64,000 nt of DNA, taken from the NCBI GenBank assembly GCA_047947115.1, contig CP170459.1, forward strand, positions 5,888,001 through 5,952,000. The letters run 5' to 3'. The notes under the pieces are model-generated. The model was not told the origin of the DNA. It saw nothing but the letters and a program-made list of their open reading frames with translations, and did no database searches. Position numbers and translations under genes: made by a program. The stretch comes from Verrucomicrobiota bacterium (GTDB taxonomy: Bacteria > Verrucomicrobiota > Verrucomicrobiia > Limisphaerales > AAA164-E04). Shown here piece after piece: positions 30,269 to 40,169 of the stretch. Position 1 is the stretch's first letter; every line of letters begins with the position of its first letter.

Positions 30269-31210
30269 TTAGTGGTCATGGTCATGGTCATGAACCTCTT
30301 CGGTATCACTTCCATGATGATGATCATGGCCGCTGTTTTCGAATTTCCCAATCACAACCGCAAAAAGCAGACCAACAGCCAAAGCTGCGGTCAATTTGAT
30401 GCGATCATGCTTGTGAAACTGCAATTCAGGCAAAAGATCAATCGAAGCAATACACAGGAAGGTCCCTGCGGCAAAGGCCAGGGCGTTACCCAGCACCTGA
30501 TGATTACCGCCTGAAATCCAATGAAAGCCAGTCAAGAAAAGAGCCACCCCAAGGGGAATGATCAGAGCAAAGATGGCATTGACCAAGTGCCGTTGCTTAC
30601 GCGACCAGCCTCCGGAGGACATCAAGGTCCCAATCGTCCAGGCATCAAAGGGTTTATGCAGGACGATCACCAAAAAAGTTCCAAACCCAGCCCAATAGAC
30701 TGCCCCGTCAGCGTGCTGCATATCCGTCTGAATACTGGCGGCAAGCACCATGCCATTGATTAACGTGTGTAGAGCCAAACCCAACCCAGCCCCCAGCCAG
30801 GACCAACGTTTCCCGATTTGCTTTTCCAGAAACGCCTCGCCGACAGGTTCGCCGTGATGATGATGCCCGTCACATGCGTGATCAGATGCGTCGACAGCGT
30901 GTTTCTTGGTTTTGGCATCGGTATCCATCGGCAGATCATGCATGTGATGATGAAAAAACCGCTGGATCAGGAATGTGAACAAAAAACCGACCAACAACCA
31001 CTGCATGGCACGGTCAATGGAGCCGATCTCAAAGAATGCGTGGGGCAACAAATGGAGCAGTCCCACACCCAGCATGAGTCCGGAAATAAAGCTGGAAGCG
31101 ATCTCCAGACGGGTATGGGTCAGGCGAACCATCAATGGAATCCAACCACCAGCCAGCGAAGCAAGCAGGATAAAGACGCAATAAGTTACTAGTATACCAG
31201 TGGTTGTCAT
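30269..31210 (-). CDS. ZIP family metal transporter
   Basis: About 8 TM segments; GVGLLHLLPHAF, LALHTLING, LHKPFD, DLLPEL; His-rich loop and tail. Confidence 0.92.
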   Translation of the reverse strand: MTTTGILVTYCVFILLASLAGGWIPLMVRLTHTRLEIASSFISGLMLGVGLLHLLPHAFFEIGSIDRAMQWLLVGFLFTFLIQRFFHHHMHDLPMDTDAKTKKHAVDASDHACDGHHHHGEPVGEAFLEKQIGKRWSWLGAGLGLALHTLINGMVLAASIQTDMQHADGAVYWAGFGTFLVIVLHKPFDAWTIGTLMSSGGWSRKQRHLVNAIFALIIPLGVALFLTGFHWISGGNHQVLGNALAFAAGTFLCIASIDLLPELQFHKHDRIKLTAALAVGLLFAVVIGKFENSGHDHHHGSDTEEVHDHDHDH

Positions 31211-31384
31211 GACGCTTGGGTTTGTAGATGAAAAGGGTGTGAGAAAGCAATACCTGACTCACACCCGAAATTTAATCCATTATCAGGCCGGCACCTTCAC
31301 CTGTGAGGCTCAGAAACAGCCGAATATTTCCGATGAAACCAATATTTTCCGTAATCCGCAAAAGGTTAACTCGGAAAAGTGGTA

Positions 31385-32395
31385 TTATTTCAATAGATGC
31401 GATTCAGGTTTCACCCCTTTGACAAATCCATTAAAGCCAAACGGTGTGGGATTGAATTCCCCCACAAGTTCGACATCGCTTTCTTCCGGAATGGAATGCT
31501 CCATCCCCAGCCCCCAGTAACAAGCGTTGACCAGCAGCCGTCTCAGTCCGGAGCTTTCCAGATCGGTAGCTGCTCCCATGGTAGTACAAAAGATACGATT
31601 GGATTTTCCATTGTCTCGCGTATGTTCGCGCACCCAAGCCACCGGCATCAGCGGTTTTTCATAGTTCGGCAGGGAGTCGGGCTTCATGCCACTCAGGGTC
31701 AATCCATGCACCAAAACGGAAATATCGCTGGGCAAATGGGCAACTCCATAAACATCTGTAGGGCCCCATATATCCCTTACTCCTTTGAGGATCGGATGCT
31801 CCATGTGACGTCCTTCAATGACCCCTCGCGTACTTTCCACTCCATGGTGCCCATGGTGATTCACCCATGTATCCCCCAGCACCTGTTGCCCGAATCCACC
31901 GGGCCAATCGCTGCTCTGCCAGTGATAATGAGCATATTTGCTGTCCTTGTTGCGTGAGTATGAGAAAGCATGAGTCGATGTCCTTAACCCGATAATCGGT
32001 TTGCCAGCCTCGAAATGATCGGCAAAGTACTTCATCTGATCGTCGGGCAATTCACGAAAGCGCGTGAACAAAACCACAAGATCGGCATCCTTTACAAAAT
32101 GCATCCCCTTGATATTCGTCTGATTGTTGGGATCAATCGTGCCGGTCGCATCATCCATGGCAAACAACACATTGCAATCAAAACCATGCCGAAACGACAG
32201 GATCTTGGCCATCTGCGGCATTCCCTCCTCGGACCGATATTCTTCATCACCGGTAATGAAAACGATATGCTTCCCCTTCCCCGGCCCCTCCTTACCCTCA
32301 AACTTGATCCAACCCTCCGCCGAGGCATTGATCTGCGACCATACCCCCAGACAAATTGCCAACCTGAACAAGGCGGTTCCTACATTCCCAGACAT
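31385..32395 (-). CDS. ThuA-like domain protein, secreted
   Basis: GKHIVFITGDEEYRSEE, GLRTSTHAF, HPILKGV, RIFCTTMG. Confidence 0.75.
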   Translation of the reverse strand: MSGNVGTALFRLAICLGVWSQINASAEGWIKFEGKEGPGKGKHIVFITGDEEYRSEEGMPQMAKILSFRHGFDCNVLFAMDDATGTIDPNNQTNIKGMHFVKDADLVVLFTRFRELPDDQMKYFADHFEAGKPIIGLRTSTHAFSYSRNKDSKYAHYHWQSSDWPGGFGQQVLGDTWVNHHGHHGVESTRGVIEGRHMEHPILKGVRDIWGPTDVYGVAHLPSDISVLVHGLTLSGMKPDSLPNYEKPLMPVAWVREHTRDNGKSNRIFCTTMGAATDLESSGLRRLLVNACYWGLGMEHSIPEESDVELVGEFNPTPFGFNGFVKGVKPESHLLK

Positions 32396-32506
32396 GATTA
32401 ATGTGTATACCAGATTCATAGAAACCAAGGTTGTAACCGAGAATCCAGAGAATGACAATCCGTTTCAAAACGACCTGGCTTCCGTGAAAATGAACCCCAT
32501 CTATTC

Positions 32507-33007
32507 TCAAGTCCCTGCGTCTACCAGTTCAAAACGGTGGGACGATTCATCCCATTGGAAAGCTTTCCAGTGTTTCAAACGACCTTCAATGACCGATAAA
32601 ACGAGGTAGGTGACTTCGGGAAACTTGGGGTGATCATCCCACATCGCATGCCGAATGTCTTCATCCGAGAAATAGGCCGGAGCATCCACGTGGGAATGAT
32701 AGAGGATGGCCAATCGAGCTTCCTTACGGTTGATCCTCCCTTGAATAGCCATCCATTCTGCGGGATCGATCACGAAAGCAGTATCTGCCTTGCGGGGGAA
32801 AAAAGCGGGAACCTGGGCGTGCATGTCGTTCTGAATGTTACGACAGGCGAGCCATTCCAAGGTGTTTGCTTCTGAGGTCGGATTTTCCAAAAAGACCCCA
32901 CAGCATTCATCCGGATGCTCACTTTCAGCCTGCCTGCGCATGTTCCCCCAATCACGGAGGGAAATGCGCTTCGTCCCGACTTTAATGTAAGTCCTCATCA
33001 TCGGCAC
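32507..33007 (-). CDS. JAB/MPN (Mov34) metalloprotease, CysO-peptidase-like
   Basis: PDECCG plus JAMM motif YHSHVDAPAYFSDED. Confidence 0.9.
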   Translation of the reverse strand: MPMMRTYIKVGTKRISLRDWGNMRRQAESEHPDECCGVFLENPTSEANTLEWLACRNIQNDMHAQVPAFFPRKADTAFVIDPAEWMAIQGRINRKEARLAILYHSHVDAPAYFSDEDIRHAMWDDHPKFPEVTYLVLSVIEGRLKHWKAFQWDESSHRFELVDAGT

Positions 33008-33141
33008 ACCGGTCGACTTGCAACGGCTGAGATCAATTCAAATCCAGTCGCCCGAAATTTCACCATCACATCACCCCCGAAAAGAGAGCCATCGGCCTGC
33101 ATGACAGGTATCGGCTAAACGAACCACGTGATTAAAACAAT

Positions 33142-34014
33142 TCAGGCTTTTATGTTGAGAAATGATTCCAACCGCAGGATTTCTTTGACCTCGTCAAATC
33201 CCATTTTATCGGACAAGTATCCATCCAACCTCCCATCCTTCAGCAAAGCGGTCATCATGGACTGCAAGGCCGTCCCGCAAACCAGCAAGGTTTCGATGGG
33301 ACTGACGGCAAATTTGTAACCGAGGTTTTCCAATTCGGTGACTGAAAGAATCGGGGTTTTGCCTCCCACCAGCATATTGGCAAAGAGAGGGTGTTTGACA
33401 TTTCTGGCAATTTCCTCCAATTCACCCTGACTCTCGGGAGCTTCTATGAAAGCAATATCCGCTCCCGCCTGGCAACAGGCATCCACTCGATCCATCGCAT
33501 CCTGCAATCCGTGGACTGCCCGGGCGTCGGTACGTGCAATCACCACAAAATCAGGATCCGGCTTGGCGGCGACGGCAGTTCGAATCTTGGCAACCATTTC
33601 TTCCCTGGAGATGACTTCTTTTGAACGGAAATGTCCGCACCGTTTGGGGAACACCTGATCTTCCAGCAACACTCCGGAAGCTCCCGCCGCAGAGAGACGT
33701 TCAACGGTTTGCCGGACCTGCGGAAGTCCTCCGTGGCCGGTATCGCCATCAGCAATCAAGGGGATCGACAAGACACCCGAGATGTGCCTCACTGCGGTTT
33801 CCATATCGGAAAGGTTTAGAAAATTCAAGTCAGGCAATCCAAGCCTGGAAGCGCTGATGCCAAATCCCCCCAGAAAGATCACTTCAAACCCGGCCTTCTC
33901 AGCCAATAGTGCTGAAAAGGCATCATGGACTCCCAGACTGACAATCATACCAGGTCGGCCCAATCGTTGCCTCAATACTCGATTTTTGCCTTTGTTATGC
34001 TCAATATTGTTCAT
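33142..34014 (-). CDS. Isocitrate lyase/PEP mutase superfamily enzyme (methylisocitrate/dimethylmalate lyase-like)
   Basis: LGLPDL, ADGDTGHG, EDQVFPKRCGH, IARTDA. Confidence 0.9.
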   Translation of the reverse strand: MNNIEHNKGKNRVLRQRLGRPGMIVSLGVHDAFSALLAEKAGFEVIFLGGFGISASRLGLPDLNFLNLSDMETAVRHISGVLSIPLIADGDTGHGGLPQVRQTVERLSAAGASGVLLEDQVFPKRCGHFRSKEVISREEMVAKIRTAVAAKPDPDFVVIARTDARAVHGLQDAMDRVDACCQAGADIAFIEAPESQGELEEIARNVKHPLFANMLVGGKTPILSVTELENLGYKFAVSPIETLLVCGTALQSMMTALLKDGRLDGYLSDKMGFDEVKEILRLESFLNIKA

Positions 34015-34148
34015 GTGTTTGCAGCGGATTTCAATTGCGATAAGATGAACATCATAGAGGGCATTACCACCCTTGAAAAGTCTCAGAACACAAAGTAAGT
34101 AGCCATATTGCGCTTGAATCAGCCTATGGCGAGGAGCAAAATCGAATC

Positions 34149-35624
34149 ATGTCAAACTGCACACCTGTCGTCTTCAACAACACAGTCCTTCGGGACGGAC
34201 ACCAATCATTGGCAGCTACTCGCATGCGCACCGAGCAAATGGTTCCAGTTGTCGAAAAGCTGGACGGCCTCAGGTTTGGCGCTTTGGAAACATGGGGAGG
34301 GGCCACCATTGACTCCTGCCTGCGCTTTTTGAACGAGAACCCGTTTGACCGTCTTGACACTCTCAAAAAGCTTTCACCCAACACCCCGCACATGATGTTG
34401 TTGCGTGGGCAGAACATCGTTCAATACACCAGTTTCCCGGACGATGTGGTGGAAACATTCATCCAATGCTCGGCAAATCATGGCATGGACATCTTTCGTG
34501 TGTTTGATGCCTTGAATGATGTACGCAACATCAGGACGGCGGTGCACGCGGTGAAAAAGGCAGGCAAGCACGCCCAGGGAGTGATTTGCTACACTACCAG
34601 TCCGGTTCACACGATCGAAAGCTTTCTGAAATTGGGGCAAGACCTGGAGGCCATGGAATGTGACTCAATCTGCATCAAAGACATGGCAGGACTGATCTCT
34701 CCCTCTGTCGCTTCCGATCTGGTCAAGGGGTTGAGGGAGATAGTCAGGATACCCATCGTATTGCACAGTCACAGCACGGCCGGCATGGCGGCAGCCGCCT
34801 ATTATGCGGCCATTAATGCCGGAGTGGACACAGTCGACACCTCCATTGCACCCTTTGCCAATGGCACGGGGCAACCAGACACCCTGCTTATGCAATCCAT
34901 GTTGGAAACCAGCCCGAGAAAGCCGGATTACGACACCAAAATATTGTCGGAGTTGGGGGAATATTTTAAGCAGATCTATTTGGAGCTGGACGCCTTCACC
35001 AGCCCCAAAAACGAAAAAGTCGATGCGGATATTTTGATCTACCAGGTGCCAGGAGGCATGATGAGCAACTTCCGCAATCAACTCAAGGAACAGGGCATGG
35101 CGGACAAATTGACCGAAGTCATGAAGGAAATCCCCTACGTACGTGAACGGCTTGGTTGGATTCCGCTGGTGACCCCCACCTCGCAGATCGTCGGCACACA
35201 GTCGATGCTCAATGTCAAATTCGGACGATGGAAAATGCTATCACAACCGGTGGTTGACATTTTGTTGGGTAAATATGGAAAAACACCCGGCCCGGTGGAT
35301 CCCGAACTGCGTAAGAAGGCGGAAGCCCAGGCGAAGCAGGAATCCATTGATTGCCGGCCTGCCGACTTGCTTGAGCCCCGGATGGATGACCTGAAGAAGC
35401 AACTCGCGGAAGCCAACCTGCCGGTCAGTAACGACATGGCAGTCTTGCACGCCATGTTCCCGCAGGAATTGAAAAAGCATGTGGAGAACAAGGGCAAACC
35501 AGTTGCAGCTCCCGCAGCGCCAAAAGCAGCGACTATTTCTAAAAATGAAAGGCAGCAGGCACGTCAATATGCCATGACGGTGCAAGGCAATCGTTTTGAA
35601 GTGACAGTTGAGGAATTAAACTAA
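34149..35624 (+). CDS. Oxaloacetate decarboxylase alpha / pyruvate carboxylase B-type carboxyltransferase lacking a biotinyl domain
   Basis: LRDGHQSLAATR, ETWGGAT, IKDMAG, LHSH, YQVPGGM, PLVTPTSQIVG. No AMKM motif. Confidence 0.9.
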   Translation: MSNCTPVVFNNTVLRDGHQSLAATRMRTEQMVPVVEKLDGLRFGALETWGGATIDSCLRFLNENPFDRLDTLKKLSPNTPHMMLLRGQNIVQYTSFPDDVVETFIQCSANHGMDIFRVFDALNDVRNIRTAVHAVKKAGKHAQGVICYTTSPVHTIESFLKLGQDLEAMECDSICIKDMAGLISPSVASDLVKGLREIVRIPIVLHSHSTAGMAAAAYYAAINAGVDTVDTSIAPFANGTGQPDTLLMQSMLETSPRKPDYDTKILSELGEYFKQIYLELDAFTSPKNEKVDADILIYQVPGGMMSNFRNQLKEQGMADKLTEVMKEIPYVRERLGWIPLVTPTSQIVGTQSMLNVKFGRWKMLSQPVVDILLGKYGKTPGPVDPELRKKAEAQAKQESIDCRPADLLEPRMDDLKKQLAEANLPVSNDMAVLHAMFPQELKKHVENKGKPVAAPAAPKAATISKNERQQARQYAMTVQGNRFEVTVEELN

Positions 35625-35667
35625 ACTCCAATAATAACAAGAGCCTCTCGGAAACCACGTTGGTGCT

Positions 35668-35740
35668 GCTGGTCAGTTCCTCGCATGCTACGGAAACGCT
35701 GGACACACTGTCTGCCGTTTCCTTGCTCAGGAGCGCCAGC
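35668..35740. other. Long imperfect intergenic hairpin
   Basis: Nested pairings GCTGG/CCAGC, GTTCCT/AGGAGC, GCA/TGC, GGAAACG/CGTTTCC. Confidence 0.5.
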
Positions 35741-35886
35741 GTGGAAACTCAATTGATGGGTTTGTTCTGCACAATCAGTAATCTGATCCGCCGCGCTTTG
35801 AGTCCATCCATTGCCAACGCAGAACTGTTCCTTCGGTCCCGCTTTTTTTGCTATGCCTTTGATCCGATTCTTTTATGCTCGGATCC

Positions 35887-37209
35887 ATGAAAAAGCCCTG
35901 GTACCGCCAATTGCACTGGCAAATTATCATCGGACTGATCCTTGGCGTCCTCTTCGGCGTGATGGCCGCCTCCAAGGGTTGGAGTGCATGGACCCGAAAC
36001 TGGATCAGTCCTTTCGGCACCCTGTTCATCACCCTGCTGAAACTGATCGCAGTTCCGTTGGTATTGACATCCCTGGTATCCGGTGTGGCTTCCCTGTCGG
36101 ATGTGAAGAAATTGAGCCGTATGGGAGGGAAGACCATTGGCCTTTATATTGGCACCACCGCGGTTGCTGTCCTGATCGGCCTGGTCATGGTCAACCTGTT
36201 CAAACCGGGTAAAAACCTGCCAGCGGACACCAGAACCCAACTCCAGGCAGCCCACCAATCCGATGCCACCAACCGCCAATCCGCGGCTGATGAAGTCAAG
36301 CAACGAGGGCCTCTGGATTTCCTGGTGGATATCGTCCCGGACAACGTCCTGGCTGCCTCCTCCAACAACAGTAGCATGCTGCAGGTGGTCTTTGTGTCCC
36401 TGCTGCTGGGCATAGGTCTCACTCTGACTCCGGACGAAAAAAGCAAACCGGTCCTGAAAATCTTTGACGGACTCATGGAAGCGGTGATCCAGATTGTTCA
36501 CCTCATCATGATACTGGCGCCCATCGGCGTCTTTGGCCTGATGGTCAACACAATTGTTACACTGGCGCAGGATGACCTTGGGCAGGTCAGGGAATTGTTG
36601 AGTGCCTTGGGATCCTATTGTCTGGTGGTCGTGGGCGGTTTGGCGGTTCACTGTTTTGTGATTTATCCCATCCTACTCAAATTTTTCACCCCCATCCCCG
36701 TTAGAAAATTCTTTTCGGGAATCAGTTCCGCTCAACTGCTGGCCTTTTCGACCAGCTCCAGCGGCGCCACCCTGCCAGTCACCATGGACCGATGTCAAAA
36801 GCGTCTCGGGGTTTCCGAAGAAGTGGCTTCGTTTGTATTGCCGCTGGGCGCCACGATCAATATGGACGGCACCGCACTCTACCAGGCGGTTGCTTCCGTC
36901 TTTATCGCACAGGCACTCGGCATGGACCTCACCATCGCCGCACAGGCAACTATTGTACTGACCGCAGTTCTGGCCTCCATCGGCACCGCTGCCGTACCGG
37001 GAGCGGGAATCATCATGTTGGTGATTATCCTCGAAGCCATCAATGTCCCCAGTGAGGGGATCGCTTTGATTCTGGGCGTCGACCGTATTCTGGACATGCT
37101 GCGAACCGTCACCAATGTCACCGGAGACGCAACGGTTGCCACGATCATTGCAGCCAGTGAAAACCAACTGGAAGAACCCGAAGAGCCTTTTCCAGCTCAG
37201 GGGATGTAG
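35887..37209 (+). CDS. Dicarboxylate/amino acid:cation symporter (DAACS, GltP-like)
   Basis: AFSTSSSGATLP, LPLGATINMDGTALY, GVDRILDMLRT. Confidence 0.95.
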   Translation: MKKPWYRQLHWQIIIGLILGVLFGVMAASKGWSAWTRNWISPFGTLFITLLKLIAVPLVLTSLVSGVASLSDVKKLSRMGGKTIGLYIGTTAVAVLIGLVMVNLFKPGKNLPADTRTQLQAAHQSDATNRQSAADEVKQRGPLDFLVDIVPDNVLAASSNNSSMLQVVFVSLLLGIGLTLTPDEKSKPVLKIFDGLMEAVIQIVHLIMILAPIGVFGLMVNTIVTLAQDDLGQVRELLSALGSYCLVVVGGLAVHCFVIYPILLKFFTPIPVRKFFSGISSAQLLAFSTSSSGATLPVTMDRCQKRLGVSEEVASFVLPLGATINMDGTALYQAVASVFIAQALGMDLTIAAQATIVLTAVLASIGTAAVPGAGIIMLVIILEAINVPSEGIALILGVDRILDMLRTVTNVTGDATVATIIAASENQLEEPEEPFPAQGM

Positions 37210-37301
37210 CATTTCACGGAGGAAAACAGGAAACAATTCAATCAGGCCCCGTGTGGATGTAGGTTTGCGCCACTAAACCCGGCATCAGGTATAGAACTTT
37301 T

Positions 37302-39335
37302 ATGAAATGGATCAAAGGACTGCTTTTGGTGTTGTCATTATTGATTGGATTGCCGCTGTTGCTGGTATTCCTGTTATCACGGTCAAGTTCCGATCTGAGG
37401 ACGTTTAGATGGCCAGGGGGAGAATTACTGAGCATTGAACAGGTAACCCACGGGTCCATTCATCGATTTGGGCCACCTCCTTTTATCGGAGGCCTCAAGA
37501 AGGTGCTTAGCTCATTGCCGATTCTGCCATCCATCGAGCATTATGCCACATCCGATTCACTGGTGCTTTGGTTAACACTCGAAGACACGGAACAAGGATT
37601 CATGATCCCGTTGACAAACGTTGTCAAAGTAGTTGCAAGAGACGGCAACGGCAGCCGCTACATCAGCAGCGAAATCGAGACACGGGATGAAAAACACTGG
37701 CGCACCCGACCTTCGTGGGGCGGAACTCAGACGCCCCCGCCAACTTCCAAATGGTTCATTTCCACGGTCACACTCCAGCAATATCCCAAAGGAGAAGATT
37801 CCTTTGAAGTGGATTTACTGGATCCCTATGGAAATGTCGTGCAAACCATGGAGATCCAGAATCCCAACATCACCCAACCCAGCGAATGGGAATGGTCTCC
37901 TCTGCCGGTCGAAATCACGCATGATGATTTGATCATTCGATTTACCGCCTTCACAAACACCTGGGCCATCCGTCATATTGGACAGGATTATGGGGAAATC
38001 CCTCAGTTCAAACCTCACTTCGAATACCTGACCCGGGACAATAAAACCGCTCCTTACTGGCTATCCGACTCAGGAAGCGCTATGGACACTTTCGGAAATG
38101 CAGTGTCCTTATCGGGAAGTGATGCGGGCAACTTGAGTCTCAGATCCAAAACATGGAAAATCACATACGATTTCTACAGACAGGCTGAGTCTCCGTTCCC
38201 GCCGGATCAGGTATGGGAATTGACACTGGAAATGCCTGAAGAAGGAAAATCCAAAACTCTGGAGCTTGAAAAGCAACTGATGGGAGTGCCTGTCAAAATA
38301 TTGAATATCACCGGCCCCAAAACCAAAGCTGTCTTTAAAGATGGCGAACTGGAAAGTGCCGAACCGGCCCAAGGAGCAAACGGAGCCAGTCTTTCCTCCA
38401 GCAGCACCTATGTTGGCGGGAAATTTGTCAGCACCGTGACTTATACGTCCGAAGCCTCCTATTTGGGAGTCCACTTTCCAGAGGATTATCACAAATACCG
38501 AATACAACTGCTGGCAAAGAATAAAAACGGGGACTACGTCCGCCTTTCTTCCAACAGCCGCTCCCAACACCATCACTTTATATCGCTCCAAGTCGAGCCT
38601 ACTGAGTCCAGTGTAGACCTTAAAGTCATTGTCCAACCTGTTTTTCAAAAAAGTTTTATTGTTGAGCCATCCATCACGCCTCCGGTTCACCAGTTTACCA
38701 AAGCCGAGAAAATTCCTGCGAGACCCAACGACGTACCGCCCAGGGCAGTGGATCTGTCGGATTACTATACCCAGAGGCTCGACCAACATGCACACCTTAT
38801 TGGGCGCATCGGAACACGTTCCTACGGGGCCTCGTTCAACTACTACAGTGTGGAGACTGGAGTTCATCGCATCAACGGCCAGGATTGGGATTTACGGGGA
38901 GCTGTGCTCATGACCGGCAAGTGCCTTTACAATTTCTATTTACAGTATCCAGAAAAAATCGAGAGCATCCCCATCTCATCCAAAGCTTCGAAAGTCCACT
39001 TTCTTCATGGATGCCTGTGGCCAGGTCATGAAGGACAGGAGATTGGGAACTACCAGGTTCATTACACCAATGGGACGACTTATACGATCCCACTGATATA
39101 TGATAAAAACATCGCCAATGTCTGGGATCAACCCGGCGAGACGACCGTTTCGGAAATCGAACAGGCGACACTGGTAAAACTTCCAGTAAAGGAGGAGCGA
39201 AAAGGTTCAACTGCAAATTACAGTTACCATTTCACCTGGAACAATCCAAACCCAGAGCTAACCATTGAACATATTGCAGTGCAATCCAATCGAAAAGATT
39301 CAGCTCCACTGCTCCTTGGGATCACCTTGGAATAA
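37302..39335 (+). CDS. Membrane-anchored hypothetical protein with a C-terminal beta-sandwich-like domain
   Basis: 677-aa ORF, one N-terminal TM; C-terminal KVHFLHG...YQVHYTNG...WNNPNP...PLLLGITLE. Confidence 0.75.
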   Translation: MKWIKGLLLVLSLLIGLPLLLVFLLSRSSSDLRTFRWPGGELLSIEQVTHGSIHRFGPPPFIGGLKKVLSSLPILPSIEHYATSDSLVLWLTLEDTEQGFMIPLTNVVKVVARDGNGSRYISSEIETRDEKHWRTRPSWGGTQTPPPTSKWFISTVTLQQYPKGEDSFEVDLLDPYGNVVQTMEIQNPNITQPSEWEWSPLPVEITHDDLIIRFTAFTNTWAIRHIGQDYGEIPQFKPHFEYLTRDNKTAPYWLSDSGSAMDTFGNAVSLSGSDAGNLSLRSKTWKITYDFYRQAESPFPPDQVWELTLEMPEEGKSKTLELEKQLMGVPVKILNITGPKTKAVFKDGELESAEPAQGANGASLSSSSTYVGGKFVSTVTYTSEASYLGVHFPEDYHKYRIQLLAKNKNGDYVRLSSNSRSQHHHFISLQVEPTESSVDLKVIVQPVFQKSFIVEPSITPPVHQFTKAEKIPARPNDVPPRAVDLSDYYTQRLDQHAHLIGRIGTRSYGASFNYYSVETGVHRINGQDWDLRGAVLMTGKCLYNFYLQYPEKIESIPISSKASKVHFLHGCLWPGHEGQEIGNYQVHYTNGTTYTIPLIYDKNIANVWDQPGETTVSEIEQATLVKLPVKEERKGSTANYSYHFTWNNPNPELTIEHIAVQSNRKDSAPLLLGITLE

Positions 39336-39472
39336 ACCACAAAAAGTTTGGAGCTTTATGGAGCCATCCCCACGGAGCTCCCCATAAGAAACACACACAA
39401 AAACAGGTACCTTCATATTTATTTCCTTGGTATTTGTAACCTGATTGCCACAATTTGGTCTAAGTATTTTCC

Positions 39473-40162
39473 ATGAATGCGGATCCGAAGTCATTGTTGA
39501 ATTTTTTTGCGGCTCAGAATGCCGAGATCGATATCGTATGGTTCATCGTTCATTTTCTGTTGGCGGCGTTATTGAGCTTCCTGCTCAAGCAAGTTTACGT
39601 TCATTTCGGCAATGCGCTTTCAAACAGAGAACTGTTCGGACGCAACTTCATCCTGCTGAGCATGACCACCATGCTCATTATCACCATCGTAAAATCATCG
39701 GTGGCACTTTCATTGGGCCTGGTTGGAGCCCTTTCGATCATACGCTTCCGGGCGGCTATCAAGGAGCCTGAAGAACTCAGCTACCTGTTCTTCGCCATTG
39801 CCATCGGCCTGGGAATGGGCTCTCAGCAGGCCCTCATCACTGTGGTCGCCTTTCTGGTGGTTGTTGCGATCCTGGCCCTCCGGCATTACACGCGATCCGG
39901 TGACACAAAACCCAACTTGTATCTGACACTGTCCGGTAAAAAAGATGAGGAAGATTGCCTGCCGCAAATCACAAAGGTTCTGACGGATGAGGCAAGTGAT
40001 TTTCGCCTGCGACGCATCGATGAAACCGACCAGTTGTTCGAAGTGTCCTTCCAGATTCAATTCAGAAACATCGAGCACATACAATCCTGTCGAACGGCAT
40101 TGCACCGGGTTCATCCCGGACTTAAAATCAGCCTGATCGATGATCGTGGCATAGGAGGATGA
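39473..40162 (+). CDS. DUF4956 family membrane protein
   Basis: SVALSLGLVGALSIIRFRAAIKEPEE; adjacent to a VTC gene. Confidence 0.88.
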   Translation: MNADPKSLLNFFAAQNAEIDIVWFIVHFLLAALLSFLLKQVYVHFGNALSNRELFGRNFILLSMTTMLIITIVKSSVALSLGLVGALSIIRFRAAIKEPEELSYLFFAIAIGLGMGSQQALITVVAFLVVVAILALRHYTRSGDTKPNLYLTLSGKKDEEDCLPQITKVLTDEASDFRLRRIDETDQLFEVSFQIQFRNIEHIQSCRTALHRVHPGLKISLIDDRGIGG

Positions 40163-40169
40163 CAATCAG

